The position numbers and the translations under genes were made by a program. From IMG/VR virus record IMGVR_UViG_3300025150_000005: DNA of 64,000 bases; one strand, given 5' to 3'. Shown here in pieces: positions 28,892 through 40,321 of the stretch (the stretch's first letter is position 1; the number at the start of each line of letters is the position of its first letter). A model generated the notes under the pieces. That model made no database searches, was not told where the DNA came from, and was given only the letters and a program-made list of their open reading frames with translations. This stretch comes from an uncultured virus (IMG/VR IMGVR_UViG_3300025150_000005). Taxonomy: Duplodnaviria > Heunggongvirae > Uroviricota > Caudoviricetes.

Positions 28892-30019
28892 TCGCCGTGA
28901 AGGGGTGTCGAGTCTTCCCAGATGCGCTGGACAGCGTCCTGCAGATCGTGGAACGAGGTCGCCCAGCGCTCAACGAACTCGGGTGCGACACCGTAACGGA
29001 TCGCCACTGGTCCTATCTGACACCCGAAGGGCGCTTGCGGCGACGTGTGTCGCACAACGGTCTGCACAGCACACCGCAACCCCGCCGTGTCGGCCCACGG
29101 CGTGCCGTCGGGGGCGACGATGTCCAGGTAGGCGTAGATGGGGTTCCCCCCGAGGGGTGCGACGGTGTGCATCCGCAGTAGCGTGCCAGGGTTCGCCTCG
29201 GGGAAGTCCTGTAGGGACGTAGGCCACGGGATTGGACCATGCTCGTAGAGGAACGCGTGGATCGCGGTCTCGTCAGTGCCCTTGGCGCGGATGATGTGGG
29301 CTGAGCCGTACACGCGGCACCTACTGCGCTTCCTGGCTGGCGGCGTACTTCTCGCCGAGGATGGCGCGGAGCGTCTCGGTTTGCTCACGCAACTGGGCGC
29401 GTCCCCGGCGAAGCAGCTTCGGCAAGGGCTCACCTGCAGCGGCCTCGACCGCCGCTCGCGTGATGGAGATCGTGTTGACGATGCTGTCCGTGTGGTCGTA
29501 GTAGTCCGCGAGCAGGGGCCCCTCACGCTGCGCGCGGGGGAGGGCGTCGAATCGCTGCTGTGCTTCGGGCTCATCCCACGTCGCAGCGGCAAGCTGGACG
29601 AAGGCATTGGCGCGCTGGTCGACGTATACGAAGACGATGGAGCCGTGCTTGGCTGTGTCGGACATCTGGGGGCACTCCTGCGACGATCAGCCTTGGAACT
29701 TGGCCTTGAGTCGTTGGAACTCGGCGTGTTCCGCGGCGTCTCGCTGGGCCTGCTCGTCAGCGTCCAGGGCCGCCTCGTGTGCGGCTCGGAGGCGTTCGAG
29801 GTCGAAGGGGACGCGGCTGGCCTCGTACAGCTCGACCGTGTCGATTCGCGATTCACTGTCGGCGTGGAGACCACCCATCTCACGGAGGTGCTCTGCAGCG
29901 GCCGCCAGGGCGTCGCCCGGACCATATGCATCGATCTGCACGACGCGTACACCGCAGCCGATAGTGTAGTCGCAGCCCTCGCTCTGTCGCATCACGAGAA
30001 TGTACATGCGCTTCCTCAA
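28888..30019 (-). other. Three small hypothetical genes (28888..29313, 29321..29665, 29687..30019)
   Basis: Tightly packed ORFs with RBS and typical codon bias. Confidence 0.6.
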
Positions 30020-30025
30020 TGTCGT

Positions 30026-30727
30026 TTATGGGGATACAGGACCACGTCCGGTCCAGCGCTCGGCGATGAGCGATTCAGGCTCGACGTCCTGATACTTCCA
30101 CGCCCAGTAGTACACGGAGTCGATGCTACGTGTAGGTGGTGCGTGGTCGTGGCAGATCGTGTACTCGTCGTCCTGGACGCTGATGATCACGCCTGTGGGA
30201 CAGAAGCTGGCCTTCGGCGACGTGACACGCACGCGCGTGCCGACGAAGAGCACACCGGGACGCGCCTTCCAGAAGCGCCACGACCCTCGCGTGCAATATG
30301 CCAGTGCGACGCGGTGCGCCGCATCGAGACCGACACCTGCGAACGTCGCGAACTCGCACTTGGGGTGATCTGTCCAGCTGCCGAGCAGTGTATACTGCTC
30401 GGCGCGTTCCCAGCACTCGGTCTCTGCCAGCACGACAACGACGGGCTTCCCGAGCCCCAGTGCCATCCCCACCTCGACCAGCGCGCCCTTCAAGGGCAGG
30501 TCGGGCCGATCGACGTAGAGTATCAGGAACGCCGAGGCAGCAACCTCGCGCTGGATGCGTGTCCACAGCTCCGCAGTGTTCCGCGTCTCACCGGGACCCG
30601 CCTCATCGATCCAGGTCGACACGACATTGAAGCCCTCGTCGCGGAGCTGGCGCCACATCGCGGGGCGTGCTGGCACGCTGGCTCGGCTCGCGACGTAGAA
30701 GGGGACTGGTGGTGGGGTGGTGGTCAT
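30026..30727 (-). CDS. Nucleoside 2-deoxyribosyltransferase-like protein
   Basis: FYVAS...VVSTWID...KGALVEVGMALGLGKPV. Confidence 0.75.
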   Translation of the reverse strand: MTTTPPPVPFYVASRASVPARPAMWRQLRDEGFNVVSTWIDEAGPGETRNTAELWTRIQREVAASAFLILYVDRPDLPLKGALVEVGMALGLGKPVVVVLAETECWERAEQYTLLGSWTDHPKCEFATFAGVGLDAAHRVALAYCTRGSWRFWKARPGVLFVGTRVRVTSPKASFCPTGVIISVQDDEYTICHDHAPPTRSIDSVYYWAWKYQDVEPESLIAERWTGRGPVSP

Positions 30728-31919
30728 TACGAGTCGGCTCCCGATCTGTCTGGCGATGGGTTACAGCACGTCAGTCCGGGGCGCGTGTCTCAGCCACCTG
30801 CGCGCCTCGGGCGCGTGCGCGCTCCTCGACTGATCCTGCCCAGGCAATTGCCTTCTCGATGAGGGCCTCGACGCTGGGCGCTCCGATGATGATGTTGTAG
30901 ACTCGCGCACGGGAGTGTGAGCGAGCGCGGCCATCCGCACCGAACGTCTTCGCTGGCGCGCTCACGAAAGCGAGCCAGCCTTCGAGACTGTCTTCCTCGA
31001 ACGCGTCACGGATGTTCGGAACGTTGTCAACCTGCCAGCCGAGCGGGTACTGGTACAGTTTGAATCGGGACGGGCCGCGTCGAGGCGCTGCTGGGGGACG
31101 CTGCGCGAGGCTGCGACCATGTCGTCGGGGGTGGGGAAGTCGTTGTTGTCGTTGTCGGGCATCGGCTATTGCTCCTTCGTCGGTTCAGGACGTGTCCGTT
31201 GGTCCCTCGGGCGCGCGTCTTTCCGCTTGCCGCGCCCGTCAGGGCGCAGCCCCTCGCGCCACGCTCGACGCCACCCAAGTCGCATGTGTGTCCCGGGGCG
31301 TCCAGGAGCACGTAGCCGTTGCCGTTGACGACGATCCCGTATCCGGCATGCAGGACACCCAACATAGTGGAGATGCGGATCTTGGTAGGAGGGTCAGTCT
31401 GCTCTACGTTGTCGATCAGTGCGATGCCGTAGTGGCCATTCACGATCACACTTAGAGAATAACGCGAGCCTTCCCACTCATGATGGCACGTCGGGCACAG
31501 CCACTGGATTTGGTTCCCCGCAGGAGTGGCGTAGCACACGTCGATTCGACAGTCGCAGCGTGGGCAGCTCATGCGTCGGGCCCCTCGACGTCAGTGCGCG
31601 TGGTGCCGACTAAACGAGTCAGTCGGTAGCGCTTTTCGCCGACACAGGTAACGAAGTCCTCGCCGACCTCTAGCGGATGGTACCCCGCGAGTCGGAGCAT
31701 CAGGTCTGGGACCGACACCTCTTGGCCTGCGAGCAGAGACAACGTCGCAATGGCGGTGATCGCATCGTCAAACCGTCGCTGGCACAGTGCCTCGACGATC
31801 TCCTCACTGTAGCCACGGATCATGTTGTCGATGTTGGTCAGAGCGGACATTCTGTCTCCCTATCGGTCAAGGTGGGGGCACGCGGAAGCACGCTGCCGGC
31901 AGCCGTAGCGTGCGCGCCT

Positions 31920-32426
31920 CTACCACACGTCCTGCGAGAGCTGGTGGTCATCGGTGCCGTTGTCCCCGATCAACCCGAGGTATGCTGGGTTGTCTCGGCG
32001 TGACAGCTCCGTCGCCCAGAGCGTGCCGTCCGCCGTGACGGGGGGCGCCCCGGGCCCTTCCGTCCGCCAGCACAGCACGTCGCGCATCGCGAACGTACGT
32101 AATGCCTGCCGATCCTGAGCGAAGGCGTCGAGCAGCCACTGCTTCTCTGAGTGAGCGGGAGACTCCCCGAAGAACAGATGAAGAGGCGTGCACTCACGCC
32201 ACGCGACCTCGCCGCGGTGGTTGCGGTAGAGCAGCCACACGGTGTTGTCAGACCACGCGTCGTGGCAAGTCAGACACGACCAGTCCTGAATCCCCGCCAC
32301 GTCGCTGGGTCTCTCGTAGATTTTGTCCACGGGCGCGCCACAGTAGGGACAACGGGTGTAGCTCATCGACTCGTGTCCTTGTTCTCGTAGAGTGTCCCGA
32401 AGAGCAACGCCTTGAGGTGCGCTCAC
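31920..32426 (-). CDS. Zn-ribbon plus WYL-domain protein
   Basis: CPYC..CLTC; YRNHRGEVAWR...P....FG.....QWLL.A...DR...RTFAM. Confidence 0.75.
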   Translation of the reverse strand: MSAPQGVALRDTLREQGHESMSYTRCPYCGAPVDKIYERPSDVAGIQDWSCLTCHDAWSDNTVWLLYRNHRGEVAWRECTPLHLFFGESPAHSEKQWLLDAFAQDRQALRTFAMRDVLCWRTEGPGAPPVTADGTLWATELSRRDNPAYLGLIGDNGTDDHQLSQDVW

Positions 32427-32914
32427 TCTTCGGGGACACGCACTTCGGCCAGCTGACGAACAGCCGCACCGCGCTCTACCACGTAGTCCGGATCGAACGT
32501 GTACGTGTCAGGATTCTCGGGGTCGAGCATCGCCAGGGCCAAGTCGGCGTACCCCTTCGCGCAGGCGAGGAGATCCCGGACGGTGCCGAGGCCACGCACG
32601 CGTCCCATGCGGAACCGGAATGCGCCCCCACAGTCCTGGATACCCCAGCGTGCGCGCACCTCACGTACGCGACCGTGATCAAGGCCACGGTAGAATCGGC
32701 CAGTGGGGCTGAGGGAGAACTCGACGTCAGCCAACGCCCACGCGACGAACCGCCCCTGAGCACGGCGAAAGCTCACGTGCTCAGTACCATGTTCCAGGTC
32801 GGGCTCCCAGCGTTCGATGAGGCCCTGATCCCGCTGAACGCAGATGTCGCGCAGGGTGCGCAGGTACCGTGCTTCGATGTCGGCGATGTCGGGCGGGGGA
32901 TCGGTTGGCGTCAT
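32423..32914 (-). CDS. Hypothetical protein
   Basis: GGAG RBS downstream of an operator-promoter. Confidence 0.65.
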   Translation of the reverse strand: MTPTDPPPDIADIEARYLRTLRDICVQRDQGLIERWEPDLEHGTEHVSFRRAQGRFVAWALADVEFSLSPTGRFYRGLDHGRVREVRARWGIQDCGGAFRFRMGRVRGLGTVRDLLACAKGYADLALAMLDPENPDTYTFDPDYVVERGAAVRQLAEVRVPEE

Positions 32915-32942
32915 GGTATGGGCTCCAGGCGGATATAGCGCG

Positions 32943-32971
32943 ACCCTACTACAAACGTAGGTCAGCGTCAA
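32943..32971 (-). promoter_or_regulatory. Sigma70-like promoter with shared operator
   Basis: TTGACG-CTGACCTACGTTTGTAG-TAGGGT. Confidence 0.85.
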
Positions 32972-33556
32972 GCTGCCATCACCCCACCACCCCGTACTCG
33001 ACAGTGGCGATGACGGTGTCGCCCTCGACGCGGTAGGTCACGCGTGTGATGTCGCTGGGAAGGTGTTCGTCCTCGTCACGCTGAGCGTCATCGAAGAGGG
33101 CAGCAGCTCGGAGGGCCGCCTCCTCGACACGTTTCACGACAGCGAGCGCCGCGAAGAACTCGGCGCGCGCTGCAGCGTCCAGATCGATCTCGACGACGGA
33201 CTGCTGTGAGACGCGGTCGGACTCTGTGGATCGGAGGCGGGTTTTCACTGTGTGACCTCCCGCTGGACCAATGCAAGTCGCCAGCGCGTCCAGGCGACGG
33301 CGTACGTATCGCGCCCCGCGCCGACGACAACCAGGACACCAGCAGCGAACGGTTCCCAGTCCACGCCCTCTGGCGCAGGGGGTTCACCTGTAGCCTCCAC
33401 AGGCAGGGGTCCGACGTAGTTGCCGGGCCGGTCCTTGGGGGCTTCGGCGCGTTTTCCCCTGGTCGTGGTTGTCGTCCACTGCGTTACATAGGCCATTTCC
33501 CCGACCTCCTCGTACGTGACCTCTCGCACGGACTCTAGCACGACTTCTGGGCCTAG

Positions 33557-33582
33557 TGTACGATAAAGTCCCTTATCGTACA
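33557..33582. other. Candidate tyrosine-recombinase (lox/dif-like) site
   Basis: TGTACGATAA-AGTCCC-TTATCGTACA: perfect 10-bp arms, asymmetric 6-bp spacer, AT-rich, intergenic. Confidence 0.6.
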
Positions 33583-33597
33583 GTTGGATGCTAGGGG

Positions 33598-33933
33598 TTA
33601 CACGGACTTACAGTGTGGGCCCGGCAGGTCCAACGGCAGGCCCCCCGTCTCGACGAAGTGGTGCAGCAACGGCAAGAGCGCCTGGACCATCTCCACGGTG
33701 AGGTGCATCCGGGTGTTGATGGACAACTGACCGTCCACCAGCGCCTTGAGGTCGACGGGCACGAAGCCCACGTCGGGGACACACACCTTCGGGTCGGGGT
33801 CGCGAACCCCGAGCCAGATGGCTGCCCGATCCCCGCAACTCGACTCCTGGATCACGCAGACCGCCCCAAAGTGGTCCACGAACTCACCGATGGTGAAGCC
33901 GCGCTCCGTGCTGCGCATGCTGATGGGATTCAT
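33598..33933 (-). CDS. Conserved phage-type hypothetical protein
   Basis: TERGF...F.D..G..C..QESS....IWLG...RMHLT.E.V..LLP.L..F.ETG. Confidence 0.75.
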   Translation of the reverse strand: MNPISMRSTERGFTIGEFVDHFGAVCVIQESSCGDRAAIWLGVRDPDPKVCVPDVGFVPVDLKALVDGQLSINTRMHLTVEMVQALLPLLHHFVETGGLPLDLPGPHCKSV

Positions 33934-34473
33934 TCAGATCTCCTCACGTTGGATCGTGGGTGTAGGTCAGCCCTGCGCAGTCGCGTCGTATTCCAGGTGG
34001 TGCCACGCGTCGCGGTCGATCACCACACCCTTCGCACACGCCGTCATCGTGTCGTAGCTGTAGACCCTGGGTCCGACCTGCGTGCCGCGAAGACGACAAC
34101 TGATCTCCCAGCGGTACGTGTCGGCGACTGGGCAACTACGCCAGTAGCCCTTGGCGATTACGAACGCGTCCGGGTTGACGACCACGTGCATGTCGTGTTG
34201 TTCGCGGAAGGCGCGTTCAATCGCGTGAGCCAAGCGTCGTCGTAGACTACTCATCGCCGTGTCAGATCCGTCCACCAGTGCACCAGATGCACCGCTCAAC
34301 CGACCCCACTGTGGGCGCTGCATCGTCCCAGGAGAAGTACGAGTGTCCGCACGCGAAGTGGACCTTCCACTGGGCGCCGTCTGCGCCACTATCGAGCGGA
34401 GCTAGCTCTACGCTGACAATTCGCCGCGGTACCGTGCGGCACCTGTGGCGCTTGTGCTGTGATCCGCGGCGGC

Positions 34474-34926
34474 TCACGGTTGCTTGCGCGTCCTTTGGAG
34501 ACCCCAACCAGACGGGTTGGTCTCAGTCGGCACATGCGCCCAGTGTCCCCGGGCCAATGCGCCGATCCCAGCAGGCGTCAATGCGAAGTCCGTCAGCTCT
34601 GCGGGGGTTGCCCAATACAGCGCGCTGTGCACCTTCAGTGACGGCAGTCCGACGGTGTATACACGATAGGTCCGTGCGGTGAAAGCGGGGACGTCTGGCG
34701 TGGCCTCGAAACGCTGCGTATAGCACAAGTCTCCGACAGCGATATCCAGATCCAGCTCCTCGCGCCACTCACGCTGCAAGGCCGCTTCGTCGCTCTCGCC
34801 GGGCTCAACCTTGCCGCCTGGGAACTCCCACAGGCCGCCGCAGCGATCCTCTGCGCGCCTATGGCCCAGGAGGACCCTGTCTGTGCGCCAGAGTGCGCCG
34901 ATCACCACGACGAGTGTCATGAGCAA
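34474..34926 (-). CDS. NUDIX (MutT-like) hydrolase
   Basis: WEFPGGKVEPGES.EAAL.RE.REEL Nudix box. Confidence 0.9.
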   Translation of the reverse strand: MLMTLVVVIGALWRTDRVLLGHRRAEDRCGGLWEFPGGKVEPGESDEAALQREWREELDLDIAVGDLCYTQRFEATPDVPAFTARTYRVYTVGLPSLKVHSALYWATPAELTDFALTPAGIGALARGHWAHVPTETNPSGWGLQRTRKQP

Positions 34927-34947
34927 CCCTCCACCGTGTAGGTCCCA

Positions 34948-37900
34948 TCAGGTCCTAACGCGCCCGATGTACTGGTCGTCGGCGTACTCTCCGTTCTCGT
35001 GGTCGTCGTACCAGGGGCATCCATGCGGGTTGTTGCCGTACCCGAGCAAGAGTAGCACCCACCCTCTCCGCGTCTGTACGATGAACACAGGCTGATCGTA
35101 GTACGCAGCGAACTCCAACGCCCTCATGCTGAGGTCGACCCAGTTGGCGTCAGCGGAGCGCTCTCCCAAGCTCGACGACAGATCCCCAATGAAGCTCGGA
35201 TGGAGCACCGCGAGAAGACCCGTCCGGTCTGACGGGAACGGCTCTTGCGGGTACTGGTGTTCGGCGCGGGGCTGCTTGTTGGTGTACCGTAGGTCCCGCG
35301 CGGCTGGTTGAAGCGATACCGGCAGGGACGTCGTGCTCGTGGGCAGCTTCATTACACCATCCCCTTGGCGCGCCGCATGAGCTGCTCGTCTTCAGTACGC
35401 GTTGGGTCGGTGCTGGCGCTCATACAGGCTTCCCCAACGTCGCCGGTACACGCCACAGCGTTGTGGATACCCGCGTCGGATGCCACCCCACGGCTTCCGC
35501 GACGTCGAGAGCGACCCTCCACAGCAACGACGCGTCGACCTGATCGTCTACCCCTGGCGTGATGTAGACGGTGAGGCACCACCCGACTTGCAGCCCAGCA
35601 GATCCCTGCTCGACGTCACGATCCAAGTGCACGTCGTGCACATAAGGGAAGGTCTGCTGCAGGGTGTGCAGGAGGGCTGTCCGACGTCCTTCTCGATCAG
35701 CTGCGTGCCACTGAAGTAGGGCAGCAACACGCTTCCCCGCTTCATCCACAAAGCCGGCCATCTTCACATCCTCCAGTGTCGTCACCACCGCTTCAGACGC
35801 AACGGGTTCTGCGAGATTCGTGATCACCGCCCTGCGCAGGGAATGAAGCTCTCCTCCATTGAAGATCGCACAGCAGAACTCGCAGAGGCGAATCGAACGG
35901 CCACCCTCATCTTCAGCCTCGGTCAGGACGAAGATAGCCTCGTCCGAGCACCTGACCCGACTCGCCTGCCGATCTAGCGCAGGGAACGCCCAACCAGAAT
36001 AACGCGCTGGCTTCTCGGCTTCGCACTGCATCAGTCTGTCCTCACGCGTTGTCGACGCCGCTGTTCGTGTCCGACGGCTTCCAGTCGATGATCACTCGGC
36101 TCGGGTGAAGGTCCTAGTGCCTCAGCTGCGTCTGCGGCCCTCGTCAGCAGGCACGGGATGTCGAAACTGCTGACAGACGCTGATTCGGGCAACATGACGC
36201 AGAGCGTCCGCCGTGCTTTCAGGGCCCACCTGTATCGCCCTGAGCGCCCATGCAGCTGATGCGTGTGGGCCAGCAGGACGCTGTGAACCGGAAAGTCGCG
36301 GCGGAGGTTGTCGCGTAGTGCTGCCAGTCGCTTGGTCTGATCGGTGGCGTGTTGCTGTGCCAGTGCTGCGTAGTCACGGTCGGGTGCATCGGGCTGGTTG
36401 TGGTTCATCGCGCGATCCGCTGGTAGGTGTGGGCGTTGCACGCACAGCGGTAGGCTGCACACAGCCGATTTCCGCAGTAGTCGCACAGCTTCCGCTTGGT
36501 TCGTACGCTGCAATGATCACACGGGCCAGACTTGGGGCCTGTCGGGGCGTGCTTGATCAGCGGTGACTCGTTCATGCCACCCTCCGCAGCGGAAGTCGAC
36601 GCCACCACGTCACACCGACCTGAGGCACAGACGTGTAGCCCCAATAGGCCCCGGCGCAGTGCTCGTCTGGCACCGCAGGCACATGACCGTCGATTTGGTC
36701 GCTGCGAAGCCCCGGTCGACGGCCAGGGCTCAAGCCGTCCTCGTCGACCAGCTTCGCGTCTCTGCCGTGGACCGCACACGCGCAGTCCACGCACAGCAGA
36801 TCGATCTCGACGTTATTGTAACCACGCCACAGCTTCACGCCGTGCGCGTTGCACTTGCCACAGCGGTAGTGGTCCGCATTCTTGTGGCTGGGCGAACCGA
36901 TCATGGTGTTCCCTCGCTGAGATCACGCGCCGGTGCCTTCTGGCGCGACCCGATGCCAATGTCCCCGTCCCCATGGTTCCACGCCAACGTGGCTCGCAAC
37001 CACGCGATGCGCTCCCGGACCCAGCGATCTAGATCCTGGCCGCTGTGCGGCAGGTACTGAAACTCGATCGTCGTCCGCTCCATCGCGTGTCGCTGCCCCG
37101 TGGTGAGCCACACACGGATGCCGAGGTGAGGCAGCGTCGCTTGCTTGCCCACCTCGTGCTCGGCCCGGTAGTTGATGATGAAGCCGCTCATGAAGCTCTC
37201 GCAGGAGAATCCCGCGCGAGTGAAGCGCCGCGTAACGTTGGTCGCGAGCAGCCTGCCGAGTCGGACGTGCTCACGGCGCGCGTGGTCGAGCGCCTGCTTG
37301 CGCTTTCGGTACGCCTCTTCGGCTTCGCGGGCCACGGGGACAGGCAGCGCGGCCAGCGCGGCGATGATCTCGGCTGTGGTCATGGCAGCGGTCTCCTCTG
37401 CATTGGGCACGTGGTCTTGTCGCACAGCCCGCCGCACCCGCAAACAGCGCACGTGGCGTCGCCGTAGCGGCACTTGTCCAGCCTGCGTCCGTGCGTCTCG
37501 CAGTGGGTCTCTTCGCGGTAGCGACGCCGGCGCTCGCTGCGCTTGCGGTCCATCTGCTTGCCCACATAGGGCATCAGACCATCCCCCGCTCGGCTTCCGC
37601 GAGGATCGCCGAACAGAGCACCGTCGCGGCCGTCAACTCCTCGTTCGCACCGCCCGCCTCGATGTGACCCTGGATGCGGCGCACCTTCTCGGCAAGGTTC
37701 CGGGCGAACCGCCGGGCGTCTTCTCGTTCCGCGCGTGCCTTGACGACTCCCCTCGCGGCGTCCGTCAGCCGGTCCAGCACGATGCCGAACGCTTCTCCGT
37801 GTCCCGCCTCGCGCGCGTCCCGCTCCTTCGTTGCGGCGAGGGCGATCTGACAGCACGTACACGTCAGCGGGTCGTGGGCTGGGCTCGACGCCGGCGGCAT

Positions 37901-39353
37901 TTCGGCCACCATGATCTGGCACGTCGCCGGCTCGTGCAGATTGATACCGCTCGCGCTGTCGTGGCGGACTCGAACGTCAGACACTCTGCAGCGGTCGCAT
38001 GTGTAGGGCTTATCACTCACTGGTCGCCTCCTCCTCGCGCAGCGCGCGAACTCGACTCGCTGGGAACTGGCGCAGGAGTCGCGAGACGTACTCCCACCGC
38101 CGCCGGAACGAGAGCATCGCGCGCTCGGCCTCATGCGCACGCTTGAGCAAGCTGGCACGCTCGTCTGCCCACTTCCTGCGCTCTACCGTCAGCGTCGCCG
38201 CACGCTCGCCCAGCCTGGCCTTGCAGCGGTCGAGGTCGCGCCGGAGTTGCGCTTTCTCGGCACGGGCCAGCGCGAGGTCATCCTCGATGCGCTGGAGGTC
38301 GTAGCGGTCGATCTGGACGAGCCGCGTGCGTGCAGCCTCGGCGTCGAACTGAGCGCGAAAGTGCGCCTTGTCGCGGCCCTCCTTTGCTATGCCCATCACA
38401 GCTCCTCACATTCGGCATCCGGCGGCAGGAGTTGGCGCACCGCGTTGATCGCATCTTCGGGCGTCCACTCAGACTCGCCGTGCAGCAGTTCCGCAATCTC
38501 GGTCAGCGCTGCCAACCGGGCACACAGCCAGTCAATGCAGACGTCTGGATCCTCGAAGTCGCAGCCGAACTTCCGAAGCACGCGGTCGTACTCGGCAACG
38601 GTTTCCCACTCGTCAGTCCTGGCCTGCTTGATTCGCCGGATCTCCTGCGCGTCCGACCTCATCGGCTCGCCCGACTCGGCCAACTCTCGGTCGCCGAGGG
38701 CGGCATCGATCCCAGCCGAGTAGCGCAGGTGTCGGCGCTCTGCCCACTCCAGCGCGTCGAGCAGTTCCAGCATGTCACCTCCACCGAAGATGGTCGGCCC
38801 GTCTTTGCCGATCGGCATCCCCAGCAGACCACGCAGTCGCTTTCGGCCGATGGGCGACGTCCAGCGCCCTGCGTCTTGGCCCGCTTCGGTTGGGTGGCGG
38901 CACTCGGACCCTTTCGGGCCGCCGTGCCCTCTTGGCATGCCGTCCTTGCGCGGTCGGAACAGACCACCGCAGGCTCGGCACTCGACGCGCTCCGATCCGG
39001 TGTCGCTGATCCGGGGACAGGTTTCGGTGTGCCGCTCGCGAAGCGCGGCCTCACTTCGCGGCTTCTGGCTGTTAATCACGGTCGCCTCCTTCGGGGCTGT
39101 TAACCGTTTCGATCTTGGTTGCCCCGGACTCGGCTGCTCGGACGATGGCGTGGAAGTCCACAAGATCGTCCGTCATGCCGGCGGCGAGATCACGGATCTG
39201 CTTCGCCTGCACGTCCGAGCCGAAGTGCTTGCGTAGCCGAACCTCCAGGATTCGTTGCTGATCTTGCCGTCCGAGTCGGTAGGCCAGACGCGCGGCCCGG
39301 TAGATGTCGGTGTCCATGCTGTTAACCTTGTCGGTTATTAAACGCTCAGTCAT
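34948..39353 (-). other. Run of small hypothetical genes, many with CxxC motifs
   Basis: Overlapping start/stop codons (e.g. 34948..35352, 36572..36904, 36901..37383, 38013..38399, 39072..39353). Confidence 0.6.
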
Positions 39354-39429
39354 TCAGGAATGCCTCGGGTACGTCGGGCTGATCGTAGTTCATCGTGCGT
39401 GTCCTATCTGAGCGGTGGGGCCTTCAGAC

Positions 39430-39483
39430 CTTGGCTATCCGGTTGACTCAGAATTGGCCGGCGCTCCAGGATCCCGGGATCTA
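39430..39483 (-). mobile_element. Orphan IS1595-type end, copy C
   Basis: CTTGGCTATCCGGTTGACTCAGAAT plus subterminal GGATCCCGGGATC. Confidence 0.8.
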
Positions 39484-39493
39484 GGCACATAGG

Positions 39494-40321
39494 TTACTGT
39501 GGCAAGCCGCGCCAGATCATGACCGCCGTGAGAAGCGCGATCACAATGGTTGCGCAGCCTGTGACCCACGCCGCCATACGCACACTCCGCTCGTTCTTCT
39601 CCGCACTACGGAGGTAGTCACGCATGACATTCTCGATGAGGTCTGCTTCGGCTTGGCGTTTGGTTTCATTCAAGGCAGCAAGCTCACTCTGAAAGTCCTG
39701 AGCGCGGCGATTTTCTTCCTTGCTCAAGAAGTGCGCAATTCGGTTGCGCGCCTGCACGAGCCGCTCACGGACCTCTGCCGCCGTTGCTGGTGGCTCGTAC
39801 ACAGAATCGAAGTCGAACACGTCCACAGCACACCCCCTGTGCGCACTCCCGAGCTTGTCCCCAGGCGCGTGCCGCTGCGTGATCCAGGACCCCACGACGA
39901 CTTGGGGCTTGTACGCCTCGACGGCCTCCAGCGCCTCGTAGCGCTCGATGTCGGCACCGTATTCGACGCGCGGCTGCCCTGTGAGCCTGTAGAAGCCCGC
40001 GACCTCTGGATTGTCCTGGATTCGCGAGTCCGTTCGAGGAATGCACAGAGCACGCCCCAACGCACCGTTGCCAGAACCGATCTCGATTGCGGCCCGGTCG
40101 CCGATGATGTGACGAATGTACTCGACCAGCTCGACAGTCGGGAGGCCGTAGACGCCGTGGATGTGGCACCAGTAACGCAGAACCTTCTGGGGGGTGTCCC
40201 TGAGATCCGCTGCGGGGAGAACGCGGATCCGACCATCCGGATCACGGAGCTGCATGTCGAGGCGGGTAGCTGCGGCAACCAGCGCAGGCGTGACTTCGAT
40301 GTGCTCCACAACAGGCCTCAC
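39494..40321 (-). CDS. Chimeric ORF: class I MTase-like N-terminus fused to a coiled-coil/TM IS passenger
   Basis: IEIGSGNGALG SAM motif; abrupt change near 39850; TM tail next to the TIR. Confidence 0.55.
   Translation of the reverse strand: MRPVVEHIEVTPALVAAATRLDMQLRDPDGRIRVLPAADLRDTPQKVLRYWCHIHGVYGLPTVELVEYIRHIIGDRAAIEIGSGNGALGRALCIPRTDSRIQDNPEVAGFYRLTGQPRVEYGADIERYEALEAVEAYKPQVVVGSWITQRHAPGDKLGSAHRGCAVDVFDFDSVYEPPATAAEVRERLVQARNRIAHFLSKEENRRAQDFQSELAALNETKRQAEADLIENVMRDYLRSAEKNERSVRMAAWVTGCATIVIALLTAVMIWRGLPQ

Noticed and set aside
29276..30862. 528-aa + strand ORF and similar long antisense ORFs (7412..8980, 20387..21760, 3708..4919)
   Set aside because: Shadow frames of real genes on the opposite strand in high-GC DNA, with no motifs
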